From sequence record LC727698.1: a DNA stretch of 64,000 bases, one strand, 5' to 3'. Under the pieces are notes generated by a model that saw only the letters and a list, made by a program, of their open reading frames with translations, did not search any database and had not been told where the DNA came from. Positions within the stretch are counted from its first letter, which is position 1. The number at the start of each line of letters is the position of its first letter. Positions 1 through 8,279 of this stretch are shown here, piece after piece. A program made the position numbers and the translations under genes.

Positions 1-2
1 TT

Positions 3-566
3 GTTCTTAATACAGTTAACGGAGCGTGCTACAATATAAGTATGAAAGGTGTTACGTCACCGTCTATAGCAGGTGGTGGCCTAGCAGGCATAAACGTAAT
101 AGCACCCGGATTTATGAACGAACCGTTGCAATGTGCTATAGAATACTTTAAAAACAAAGGATATAAACAGGGTCACGAATTTTCTAAAAATGACCCAGCG
201 GATGTATTTTATAAAATTCCAGTTTCTGTTGCTACTAAGATAGTAAAAGGTACAAAAGAAATGGGAGGACCCATAGATTATCTATACATAGGTCCCATGG
301 ATGTAAAATATTCTGTTACAGATAATGTAATTACATTTAATGGTAAATTTTTAACTGTTTCTGATTTAATAAATTCGGAAGAATTATATATTAGGATTAG
401 GCGACGGTCAAATGACCAGACACTAACATATATTGATGTAGATACATTTGGATATCCTAGCTTATTTACTAGTCAATCCGAGCCTAACAGACGGATAGAA
501 GTTTATAAGAAATCCCAAATGCCAAGGAACGCAACAATAATTAATAAGGGTTTACAATGCGATTAG
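3..566 (+). CDS. 5'-truncated protein, possibly PD-(D/E)XK nuclease-like
   Basis: Frame of ORF 42..566 is open back to base 3 (VLNTVNGACYNISMKG...), so the gene begins before the window; NISMKG resembles the (D/E)xK/ISxK strand of restriction-endonuclease folds. Confidence 0.35.
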   Translation, partial: VLNTVNGACYNISMKGVTSPSIAGGGLAGINVIAPGFMNEPLQCAIEYFKNKGYKQGHEFSKNDPADVFYKIPVSVATKIVKGTKEMGGPIDYLYIGPMDVKYSVTDNVITFNGKFLTVSDLINSEELYIRIRRRSNDQTLTYIDVDTFGYPSLFTSQSEPNRRIEVYKKSQMPRNATIINKGLQCD

Positions 567-802
567 ATGAAATACAAAGTAAAACTCCTGTATCCGATAT
601 TACTAAGGATATAGCTTTCGATAAGAGTTTATATCAAAAGGTCATTAAAATAATTAATAAGAGAATTAAATTAGGCGACCTCGGCGCAGGCGCAGCGAAG
701 CGATCTGTAATAAAACGTTGGAAAACAGGCGATCGCATTGCGCAAGGTTATAATGCAGATTTGAGCAAAATAAATCTATCAATATCGGACGTATTAAAAT
801 AA
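557..802 (+). CDS. hypothetical protein
   Basis: 81-aa ORF overlapping the upstream stop and coupled to the next ATG (taatg); MRLDEI N-terminus like other late head proteins. Confidence 0.6.
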   Translation: MRLDEIQSKTPVSDITKDIAFDKSLYQKVIKIINKRIKLGDLGAGAAKRSVIKRWKTGDRIAQGYNADLSKINLSISDVLK

Positions 803-1515
803 TGAGCGGAAATGCATTTGGTCAATTAGAACCAGTGAGCTTATCGGTATTACCAGATATAGTGTTGTCGTTAGAAAGTATTCTTAGTTTATCTTTATCG
901 AATAACTATTTAGGATCTACTGGAAAATTTCCAGTAACAGGTGATATAGATTTAGCAATAGATAAAGATTATATAACGTTATCTGATTTTAAATCTTTAT
1001 TATTATCTTCGTTTGGTCAAGAAAATGTAATCCAACATGGCGGACAGCCATCTTTCTCTGTTAAATATCAGCACACCGATACTAAATATTATCAGGTAGA
1101 TTTTATGCACGGGGAAGTTAATTGGCTAAAATTATATTATTTTAGAGATGAAAACTCAGCATACAAAGGATCTCATAGAAATTTAGCAATTTCTGGAATT
1201 TTCCAAACACAATTCTTGGATCCCACTACTGAATATGTTTCTAGATATATATGGTCGCCTGTTAGGGGTATGGTACGAATAAATCGATATTACGATACAT
1301 CTATACCTGACGTTACTATATCGCAAACTACTCATCCTACTTTAATAAAATATGTACTAGGGGCTAATATAAATTCTTTAGAGGATTTATATAATTTTAT
1401 TCCGTATTATGAAGGAGATCCAGAAGCGACGTATTCTGCTATAGCAAATAATTTTAAAAATGCTAATATAGTGGACGGTTTTGTATTTCCTACAGAAATA
1501 CAAAAATATATTTAG
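802..1515 (+). CDS. DNA polymerase beta superfamily nucleotidyltransferase
   Basis: GSTG...GDIDLAID motif (hGS x(7-13) DhD) plus downstream QVDFM third acidic residue. Confidence 0.7.
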   Translation: MSGNAFGQLEPVSLSVLPDIVLSLESILSLSLSNNYLGSTGKFPVTGDIDLAIDKDYITLSDFKSLLLSSFGQENVIQHGGQPSFSVKYQHTDTKYYQVDFMHGEVNWLKLYYFRDENSAYKGSHRNLAISGIFQTQFLDPTTEYVSRYIWSPVRGMVRINRYYDTSIPDVTISQTTHPTLIKYVLGANINSLEDLYNFIPYYEGDPEATYSAIANNFKNANIVDGFVFPTEIQKYI

Positions 1516-1522
1516 GATTTTT

Positions 1523-1954
1523 ATGTCTAGTTATCAATCACGTTTTGACAAAATTATGTCGTCTATAGACAATACAACTAATATAAAAGTAGACTGGGAT
1601 GACATAAAAAACAATGGAACTCAAGCAGAATTTCATAGAAAGCACAAAGGTGAAGTTATATTTGGGTACAACTTTGGCGGAAAATTTTACTATAAACACG
1701 GCAATGTAATTAAGTCACTTCCGTATCCCGGTCTAGAAGAGAGTGTATCTTTGCAAGAAAGTAGACCTACTAGATTAATAGACCTTATTTCTAGTATAGG
1801 AAAGTGTGATTTTATAAAAGATATAGTTTCTATAAAATCTACAGCCAACGGCATAGTTGCGTTAGTTAGTACAACGGATGGAAATGCATATGAAATAACT
1901 CTTATTCCGGCAGAATACTCTACAAAATTTCCGGAAAAAACTAATAAACAATAG
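1523..1954 (+). CDS. hypothetical protein
   Basis: ATG at 1523 preceded by AGGA; the ORF-track start at 1481 overlaps the upstream gene. Confidence 0.6.
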   Translation: MSSYQSRFDKIMSSIDNTTNIKVDWDDIKNNGTQAEFHRKHKGEVIFGYNFGGKFYYKHGNVIKSLPYPGLEESVSLQESRPTRLIDLISSIGKCDFIKDIVSIKSTANGIVALVSTTDGNAYEITLIPAEYSTKFPEKTNKQ

Positions 1955-1959
1955 AAAAA

Positions 1960-1967
1960 GATAAATA
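1960..1967 (+). promoter_or_regulatory. T4-type late promoter (GATAAATA)
   Basis: Intergenic match to the TATAAATA-like late core upstream of 2021. Confidence 0.65.
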
Positions 1968-2020
1968 ACTATAGCTACAAAGGAAACTTTGTATAAATTA
2001 ATTAATGGAGAATATTTAAC

Positions 2021-2323
2021 ATGGTACAAAAAGTACATGGCGGCATCTTAGCAGGTACTAACTTAACTGGTCATCTGCAATATCTAAAAATCGAAGTTGC
2101 TAGCGTTGACGTAAACCCGCAATTACCTAACAGCGTAGCAGAACAAGTATATCGCACTGTTTCTTTAAAATCGACTCTAGTTATTATAGAATTCGATGCC
2201 GGTGTAATGCATGTTGCTGTAGAAAATGCTGGCGACGGCTGGACCAAGGCAGACCTAGAAGCTGCATTAACTGCTGCTGGTTTGACTGGTACTGTTACTG
2301 TAGGTAAGTTTACTGTAGTTTAA
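2021..2323 (+). CDS. putative small virion structural protein
   Basis: Late promoter, GGAG RBS and own terminator; N-terminus MVQKVHG...NLT resembles that of 2442. Confidence 0.55.
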   Translation: MVQKVHGGILAGTNLTGHLQYLKIEVASVDVNPQLPNSVAEQVYRTVSLKSTLVIIEFDAGVMHVAVENAGDGWTKADLEAALTAAGLTGTVTVGKFTVV

Positions 2324-2346
2324 TATAGTTAACTTAAATGAAACTT

Positions 2347-2369
2347 GAAAGGGCTTAATAAGCCCTTTC
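2347..2369 (+). terminator. rho-independent terminator
   Basis: GAAAGGGCTT-aat-AAGCCCTTTC followed by ttgttctt. Confidence 0.75.
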
Positions 2370-2404
2370 TTGTTCTTAGTGTGTAGAAAAAACTTTACAT
2401 ATGC

Positions 2405-2412
2405 GATAAATA
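2405..2412 (+). promoter_or_regulatory. late promoter (GATAAATA)
   Basis: Intergenic, between the terminator and ORF 2442. Confidence 0.65.
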
Positions 2413-2441
2413 CCTATATAATATGTGTATAGGTAATAGCA

Positions 2442-2906
2442 ATGACACAAAAAATTCATGGTACTAGTAGTGCCCAACAAAATCTAACTGCCGATGTACC
2501 CTATTTTATTGTATATGCGCAATCCGATAAGGCATATACTGATCCCGAAAACGCAGAAGGGATAAACATCTTAGTAACAAATAATATACATGATATAAGC
2601 CAAAAGAATTTCGAAATACTTCTTCAAAGTATAGGTCTCAGAGCTATGCCAGTTATAATGAATAATCCTGTTCCTGTTGCTAATTTAGCTGCATATGGTG
2701 CCCCTACATTAATTGGCGAAGGATTTGTATGGAAATTCGCATGTGAAATGCCGGAAGTGTTTACTAATTATAACCCATATGGTACACCCGGAACAACTGG
2801 GTTATTAGTAGACGAACTAGATGGTATTATATTGCCGTCAGGTACCATTATAAGAACATATGGGTCGGGTTTAAACATAGAATTTGTGAGATCTTCATTA
2901 ATATGA
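2442..2906 (+). CDS. putative virion structural protein
   Basis: Late promoter; MTQKIHG...NLT N-terminus shared with 2021. Confidence 0.55.
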   Translation: MTQKIHGTSSAQQNLTADVPYFIVYAQSDKAYTDPENAEGINILVTNNIHDISQKNFEILLQSIGLRAMPVIMNNPVPVANLAAYGAPTLIGEGFVWKFACEMPEVFTNYNPYGTPGTTGLLVDELDGIILPSGTIIRTYGSGLNIEFVRSSLI

Positions 2907-3529
2907 ATAAAATAAAATTAGAACAAATATTAAAAGAACAATTTGGTTTAAACGAACTAGAATTACGTTCATTTATGAAATATATTTCATTTAAGGATTT
3001 TGTGGCATTAACTGAGAGTCAAGACCACATAGATTCTGACATTATAAAACATATAGTAGAATCATTAGATAATAGTTATTCTGCTGTAAGGGATACTTCG
3101 ATTGCACCAAGTCAACAACAAAAAATTACTGCTGCTGATTTAACTAATTTAAAAGATACTCCTAATTTTAAGAAATTAAAAACTGGTGATAAACTTACAA
3201 TTGCCAATCCCGAATCCGGAAATCCTAAAGATGTAACAGTAAAAAATAAAACAATAGCAGGCAATACTATTACTATTAATACTTCTGACGGCGGTTCGAT
3301 TGTTCAATCGGGCGATAGTATAATTCCGGTTACTCCTAACATGTCTGCAGACGATGCAACAAAAGAAATCGATCGTATAAAAAAATTAGCCGGTATATCT
3401 AATGATTCGGCTGTAGATGAATCATCATTTATGTCATCTGCTGCTATAAGTGGTGTAGTAACTCCATTAGGTGAAATAAAACGTAGACATAAGAAACCTA
3501 AAAAGCCCGGTCCCAAACCAAAAAAGTAA
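2903..3529 (+). CDS. hypothetical head-associated protein
   Basis: LTES and IKKLAGI-type motifs, basic C-terminus, coupled to upstream late gene. Confidence 0.5.
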   Translation: MNKIKLEQILKEQFGLNELELRSFMKYISFKDFVALTESQDHIDSDIIKHIVESLDNSYSAVRDTSIAPSQQQKITAADLTNLKDTPNFKKLKTGDKLTIANPESGNPKDVTVKNKTIAGNTITINTSDGGSIVQSGDSIIPVTPNMSADDATKEIDRIKKLAGISNDSAVDESSFMSSAAISGVVTPLGEIKRRHKKPKKPGPKPKK

Positions 3530-3530
3530 T

Positions 3531-3986
3531 ATGCCTAAAAAAATAAACAAAAAGAAAATATTAGAGACATTTGATGAAGTAATATCATCTACTATACTAT
3601 CATTAAATGAAGATGAGTTAGAATTATTAGCAGATAAAAAGAATGAATCTGTATATGGTAGTTATGTAATTAAATATAAAAATGATAAGTGGATAATAGT
3701 TAATTCCGATACAGCAAGAAAAGAAAACATTTCTTTTAACTTATACAGTACGGCATACTGCTATGCTATGTGTATGGAAAAGAATTTAATAAACGGAAAA
3801 AGAAAAGTTCTAAATTGGGAATCTAGTTACACAAAACATTTAAATGATATAGTTCATTATTCGTATTCTAAACGATTTGCTAATTTAGAAGATACTTGTA
3901 TGTATGATGACAGAATTTCTGTTGCTAAACACAACATAGTTAAGCTAAAGCGCGCAATTAGATCCTTTAGGTTATCTAATAAATAA
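3531..3986 (+). CDS. hypothetical protein
   Basis: 151-aa ORF in the late operon. Confidence 0.6.
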   Translation: MPKKINKKKILETFDEVISSTILSLNEDELELLADKKNESVYGSYVIKYKNDKWIIVNSDTARKENISFNLYSTAYCYAMCMEKNLINGKRKVLNWESSYTKHLNDIVHYSYSKRFANLEDTCMYDDRISVAKHNIVKLKRAIRSFRLSNK

Positions 3987-3987
3987 T

Positions 3988-3995
3988 GATAAATA
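3988..3995 (+). promoter_or_regulatory. late promoter (GATAAATA)
   Basis: Intergenic, upstream of 4023. Confidence 0.65.
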
Positions 3996-4022
3996 TATAC
4001 AAAATTATAAGGTAATTTAGCT

Positions 4023-5210
4023 ATGTTTTTGAAAGACGTTAAAATTACAGAATCAAAAAAATTTAAGAAAATAAATTCGATGTTAAAATCGAGTTACGGT
4101 GTATCATTATCTGAGTCGGCGTCTGTCGAAGAACTAGAAAAACTCAAAGAATCTGTTGTAAAATCAATTATTAGTAATAGAATCAATAATATTTCTGCAT
4201 CGTCACCCGAGCATGCTAAATGCATTTTAATGAAAGAAGGCATTGATACTTTGTTAGAAATGCATAGATCAGTAGATGGTAGGGTAGATTCGGCATCATA
4301 TAATAATGTATTATCTACTCTATTTAAAGATGCAGTAAATTTATTAAAACAAGGCGATGACATAGACGATGCTATGAGATCCACATTAAATTCGTATCGT
4401 TCTAGCTCATACAGATTTAAAGACAACGATATAGCATTAGATTTAAGAGCTAGATTAGAACATTATTTAAATTCTAACTCAGATGATACTATGTTAACTG
4501 ATTCGTATGATTGGTCAACTGTATCGCAATCTCAACGAGATGCAGCAAACGAATTATTGAAACAAAAAGGAAGTAAATTGGCTGATTTAGAATTAGAGCC
4601 ATACGGCGACCGAGCAGACTTTGAACGCCATGGTCGTGAAATATACAAACATCCCAGCCTAACTAAAGGTATTTCAGTGAAAGAATCTAGAAAATTAAAT
4701 GAAAACGAAGTAGAACAAGCAGAAGTAGTTATTGCTGCTAAAGGTTTCGGTCAAGAACTGCAAACTATGGTAGAAAAGTTAGGCAGACTTATGAACGAAG
4801 ACTTAGGTGCAGTATCTGATCAAATGCGTCAAACTTACGGCGCCGCTACAGCAAATAGATTCCAGTCAGAATTACTTGCTGATTTCAATAGTATAGTAGA
4901 CACCTTACGCAGTACAAAAGACCGCATCGATAATGCAGTAGATATGCTTTCTACTGGAAGTACATATACCGATATGGATGGAATAGAAACTGCTGGCACT
5001 GATGTCGATATGGATGATCAACTAGAAATAGGCGACGATTTAGGACTGGGAATAGAGGATAATTTCGGTGCAGCCGACACTGAAGAACCGTTAGGTCGTT
5101 CCATGAAAGAATCTAACTCAACAAGAAGTAATAAACTAAAAAAATTATCTGAAAGTTTAGTTTCATTACAGGCATCTATAGATAAATTGAAATCTTCTAG
5201 GAAACAATAA
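4023..5210 (+). CDS. putative prohead core/scaffold-like protein
   Basis: Helical, acidic C-terminal third, repeated (I/L/V/M)xE(S/N) motifs, late promoter. Confidence 0.5.
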   Translation: MFLKDVKITESKKFKKINSMLKSSYGVSLSESASVEELEKLKESVVKSIISNRINNISASSPEHAKCILMKEGIDTLLEMHRSVDGRVDSASYNNVLSTLFKDAVNLLKQGDDIDDAMRSTLNSYRSSSYRFKDNDIALDLRARLEHYLNSNSDDTMLTDSYDWSTVSQSQRDAANELLKQKGSKLADLELEPYGDRADFERHGREIYKHPSLTKGISVKESRKLNENEVEQAEVVIAAKGFGQELQTMVEKLGRLMNEDLGAVSDQMRQTYGAATANRFQSELLADFNSIVDTLRSTKDRIDNAVDMLSTGSTYTDMDGIETAGTDVDMDDQLEIGDDLGLGIEDNFGAADTEEPLGRSMKESNSTRSNKLKKLSESLVSLQASIDKLKSSRKQ

Positions 5211-5525
5211 GTGAAGATTAAAGATATATTAGTCGAATCAGACGAATATGTAGATAGACTAGAAAGTTCTTTGTTTGATATTATAACGGCAGCAAAAGCT
5301 GCCGGTTTGTCCACTATTAGTACAAAAAGGGTAACAGACAAATTAATTTCTATGGGTTATTCTGTTACACCTGATCAAGTTGTTTCTCAATTAGAAAATG
5401 TACCCGGCATTACTAGTGTAAATGAGCAAGTCATAACAATAGGTAACACAACAGATATTACTGACAAAGAAGATGATAAGTTTTCTAAAGAAGTATCTAA
5501 ATTAGCTATGCAGGATCTAAAATAA
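5211..5525 (+). CDS. hypothetical protein
   Basis: GTG start abutting the upstream stop; MKIKDILVES N-terminus. Confidence 0.6.
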   Translation: MKIKDILVESDEYVDRLESSLFDIITAAKAAGLSTISTKRVTDKLISMGYSVTPDQVVSQLENVPGITSVNEQVITIGNTTDITDKEDDKFSKEVSKLAMQDLK

Positions 5526-5860
5526 TGAGTTGTGGATCTGGATTTATACGTGCTGAAGATGCAAGGATAATGAGTAGAGATAATAAAACTATCTTTACAG
5601 AAATATGCGGAATTCAGCAAGCAATACTAACAGCAATAGACATGAAGCAACTAAGCGTCTATGTTAAATCGGGTACACCTATAACTAATGACACACCCGA
5701 TAAAGATTACTATAAAGTATTTATGAAACAAAAAACAGATAGGGCCATCACCGATCAGTTCGAATTCATAACACAATACTTTACTGATTTGGGATATGTA
5801 ATCAAACTTCAGTTAAATCCTAACACTCAATCTAGCCTTCAGTGGTATATTACTTGGTAA
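5525..5860 (+). CDS. hypothetical protein
   Basis: 111-aa ORF, taatg coupling. Confidence 0.6.
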   Translation: MSCGSGFIRAEDARIMSRDNKTIFTEICGIQQAILTAIDMKQLSVYVKSGTPITNDTPDKDYYKVFMKQKTDRAITDQFEFITQYFTDLGYVIKLQLNPNTQSSLQWYITW

Positions 5861-5887
5861 TATACCACTAATTTTCATTGTCTGTTC

Positions 5888-5916
5888 TTGACATATTTAT
5901 AGCCTTATATTATAAT
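5888..5916 (+). promoter_or_regulatory. sigma70 promoter, perfect consensus
   Basis: TTGACA-17 nt-TATAAT; ATG of the exonuclease 7 nt downstream. Confidence 0.85.
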
Positions 5917-5923
5917 ACAGGCT

Positions 5924-6589
5924 ATGTTAATACAAAAATTCAATTATATTTTTTGCGATCGTGTAGATTCTCCGGCAGGTAGAAAATACAAAACACCAGA
6001 CGGAAAATTATTGCCTTCTGTTACTACTATATTAGATTTTGTTACCGATAAGTCATTTTTAACCGATTGGCGTGAAAGGGAAGGTGAAGAAAACGCAGCT
6101 AAAATAACAGAGTCGTCTTCATACACAGGAACGCATTTGCACCAAAACTTAGAAAATTTTCTTAACGGTAGTTCCGAAATTAACGGAAATCCTATGGCTA
6201 AAATGATGTTTGGTTTAATTAAACAGAACGGACTGAAACATCTATCAGAAGCATGGGGTACTGAAGTCCCATTATATTATCCTGAATTATATGCAGGTAC
6301 TACAGACTTAGTTGGTGTATATAAGGATAGAGAATCAATAATAGATTTTAAAAATGCAAGAAATGTTAGGAAAAAAGAATGGATTGAAAATTATTTTAAG
6401 CAATTAGTTGCATATGCAGAAGCTCACAACATCATGTATGGAACTAATATAACTACTGGTGTTATACTTATGGCAACACAAACAGGAATGTTTCAGGAAT
6501 TTATCATAGAAGCAGATGAATATTCTGAATATAAGAATATGTGGTTTGATGATGTTATGAGATATTATACTGAAGTAGTATTGGCATAA
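5924..6589 (+). CDS. PD-(D/E)XK exonuclease (RecB/Cas4/lambda-exonuclease-like)
   Basis: PSVTTIL, GTHLH, E-x-PLY, AGTTDL, IIDFK, QLVAY motifs in order. Confidence 0.85.
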   Translation: MLIQKFNYIFCDRVDSPAGRKYKTPDGKLLPSVTTILDFVTDKSFLTDWREREGEENAAKITESSSYTGTHLHQNLENFLNGSSEINGNPMAKMMFGLIKQNGLKHLSEAWGTEVPLYYPELYAGTTDLVGVYKDRESIIDFKNARNVRKKEWIENYFKQLVAYAEAHNIMYGTNITTGVILMATQTGMFQEFIIEADEYSEYKNMWFDDVMRYYTEVVLA

Positions 6590-6592
6590 ATA
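6585..6592 (+). promoter_or_regulatory. late promoter (CATAAATA)
   Basis: Overlaps the exonuclease stop codon, upstream of 6621. Confidence 0.55.
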
Positions 6593-6620
6593 TAATACAA
6601 AATAAAATGGAATTTTTAGC

Positions 6621-7820
6621 ATGGCCGATCCGTATTTAACACAAGATATAATAGTAGCACGAATAGAAAACAGAAGAGGTCGTCGTGTTAACTTGCCGCA
6701 ACCACTAAGACCGGGAGAACTCGGTTGGTGTATGGATACTAAGCAATTATTTATTGGCGTGTCTGACGAAGATGCAGTAGCAGCCGTTGAATTGTTTAGG
6801 GGAGAACCTCTTGGATCCCAAGATTTAGTTAACCAAACGTTATTACACAATATTTTTACTTTTGTATCGGAGCCAACTACATTAACTGATGCTGAAAAGC
6901 AAAATCTAGCAGAATTGGCTAAATTCCCGCAGCTATATTATGTTTCTGATACTAACAGAGAAAGCATTAATGAATACGAACGAAATATAGAGATTATTCG
7001 TAGTGTTAAGACGTCTGTACTCCAGTCAACAGGTAGCGCCTCTGATATTAGATATACATTGATGTATTCGTGGACTATTGATTCCTCTGATCAGTATACG
7101 TTTAAATTTTTTGCAGGATGCCAACCGCCTGATTCGTTTAATCTGACAACTATAGCTAACAATTCGTATATTATAGATAATACTGTAAACTCTGCATACA
7201 ATAACGGTATAGTAATGGACGCAGGGATATTATTTACTGATACTGTATACGAATCTGCTAGTTTAAGTGTATTAATAAATGAATATATTACTACAGACAG
7301 TGACAAAGCATATGTAACTACAAAACAAAACGTAGAAATACTAACAGAATACTTTAAAACTACTAGTAGTACAGATGTAATAGTAAATAGTCCTATAACA
7401 TACGAATTAGAGCCTTCTAATTCGTTTACTTTAGTAAAAACTATAGATATAATAAACGGCGGTAACTACGAAACTAGTCCAATGACGTTTGATGGTTCGG
7501 TATCTGATACATTTAATATAGATTATTCTATAAGTTTTGATGACATGCAAGGCCCAGTTATGGGCAGCGATGGCAGGTTTGTTCAAACCGGAACATTAAA
7601 TATTATTTTATCTAAAGGATCAGAAACTGTAGTTGTTTCAGACACATCTGTTGAGCATAGATCTTCGGTGGGATACGACGCTGATGTAGATTTTAGTGGA
7701 GAATATGTAGCACCTAACACAGTAAATATAACATACAGGCATAATTTTCCGTCGAGGGTACTTCTTAAATTAACTACAAAGCGTTGGATTTCGTGGGATA
7801 ACGAATCAGTTCAGAATTAA
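6621..7820 (+). CDS. putative baseplate/tail-associated structural protein
   Basis: N-terminal RRG...LP.L.PGELGWC.DT..LFIG module typical of fibre/baseplate attachment domains; beta-rich C-terminus. Confidence 0.55.
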   Translation: MADPYLTQDIIVARIENRRGRRVNLPQPLRPGELGWCMDTKQLFIGVSDEDAVAAVELFRGEPLGSQDLVNQTLLHNIFTFVSEPTTLTDAEKQNLAELAKFPQLYYVSDTNRESINEYERNIEIIRSVKTSVLQSTGSASDIRYTLMYSWTIDSSDQYTFKFFAGCQPPDSFNLTTIANNSYIIDNTVNSAYNNGIVMDAGILFTDTVYESASLSVLINEYITTDSDKAYVTTKQNVEILTEYFKTTSSTDVIVNSPITYELEPSNSFTLVKTIDIINGGNYETSPMTFDGSVSDTFNIDYSISFDDMQGPVMGSDGRFVQTGTLNIILSKGSETVVVSDTSVEHRSSVGYDADVDFSGEYVAPNTVNITYRHNFPSRVLLKLTTKRWISWDNESVQN

Positions 7821-7836
7821 CAAATAGAAATAATAA

Positions 7837-8271
7837 ATGACAGATTGGAATAATCTCCGGGCAGATAAACGGATTGCTGCCTGGAGACAGCATAGACTCT
7901 CCTTAAAAACTCTACCCATTAATCAAGCATTACTAGAAATTGCAAACTTTTTTGCAGATATGCCATTAGGACCTAGAACCATTGATTTTTATAATCCTAA
8001 TACTTGGCCAGATCCGTGGGACATTCTTGCTGATATTAAATTTTGTGAAAATTCTATATCATTAATGATGTACTACACTGTTATTTCTGTATTCCCTGAT
8101 GCAAATATTAAAATGTATGTTATAGATGATACAGAACAAAGATTTATGGTACCTGTTGTAGATGGTATGGTATTAAATTATTATCCGAGAGATGTAATAG
8201 AATTAAATAATCTAACAAATATAACTGTAATAGACATTTACAGTAAAGAACACATAAGAGAACTAAACTAA
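7837..8271 (+). CDS. hypothetical protein
   Basis: 144-aa ORF, WPDPW...FC..SISL motif. Confidence 0.6.
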   Translation: MTDWNNLRADKRIAAWRQHRLSLKTLPINQALLEIANFFADMPLGPRTIDFYNPNTWPDPWDILADIKFCENSISLMMYYTVISVFPDANIKMYVIDDTEQRFMVPVVDGMVLNYYPRDVIELNNLTNITVIDIYSKEHIRELN

Positions 8272-8279
8272 GGAAATAT

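Noticed and set aside
27-44. Apparent extended -10 (TGcTACAAT) and leaderless start at 42
   Set aside because: The reading frame is open to the window edge, so this is probably internal coding sequence
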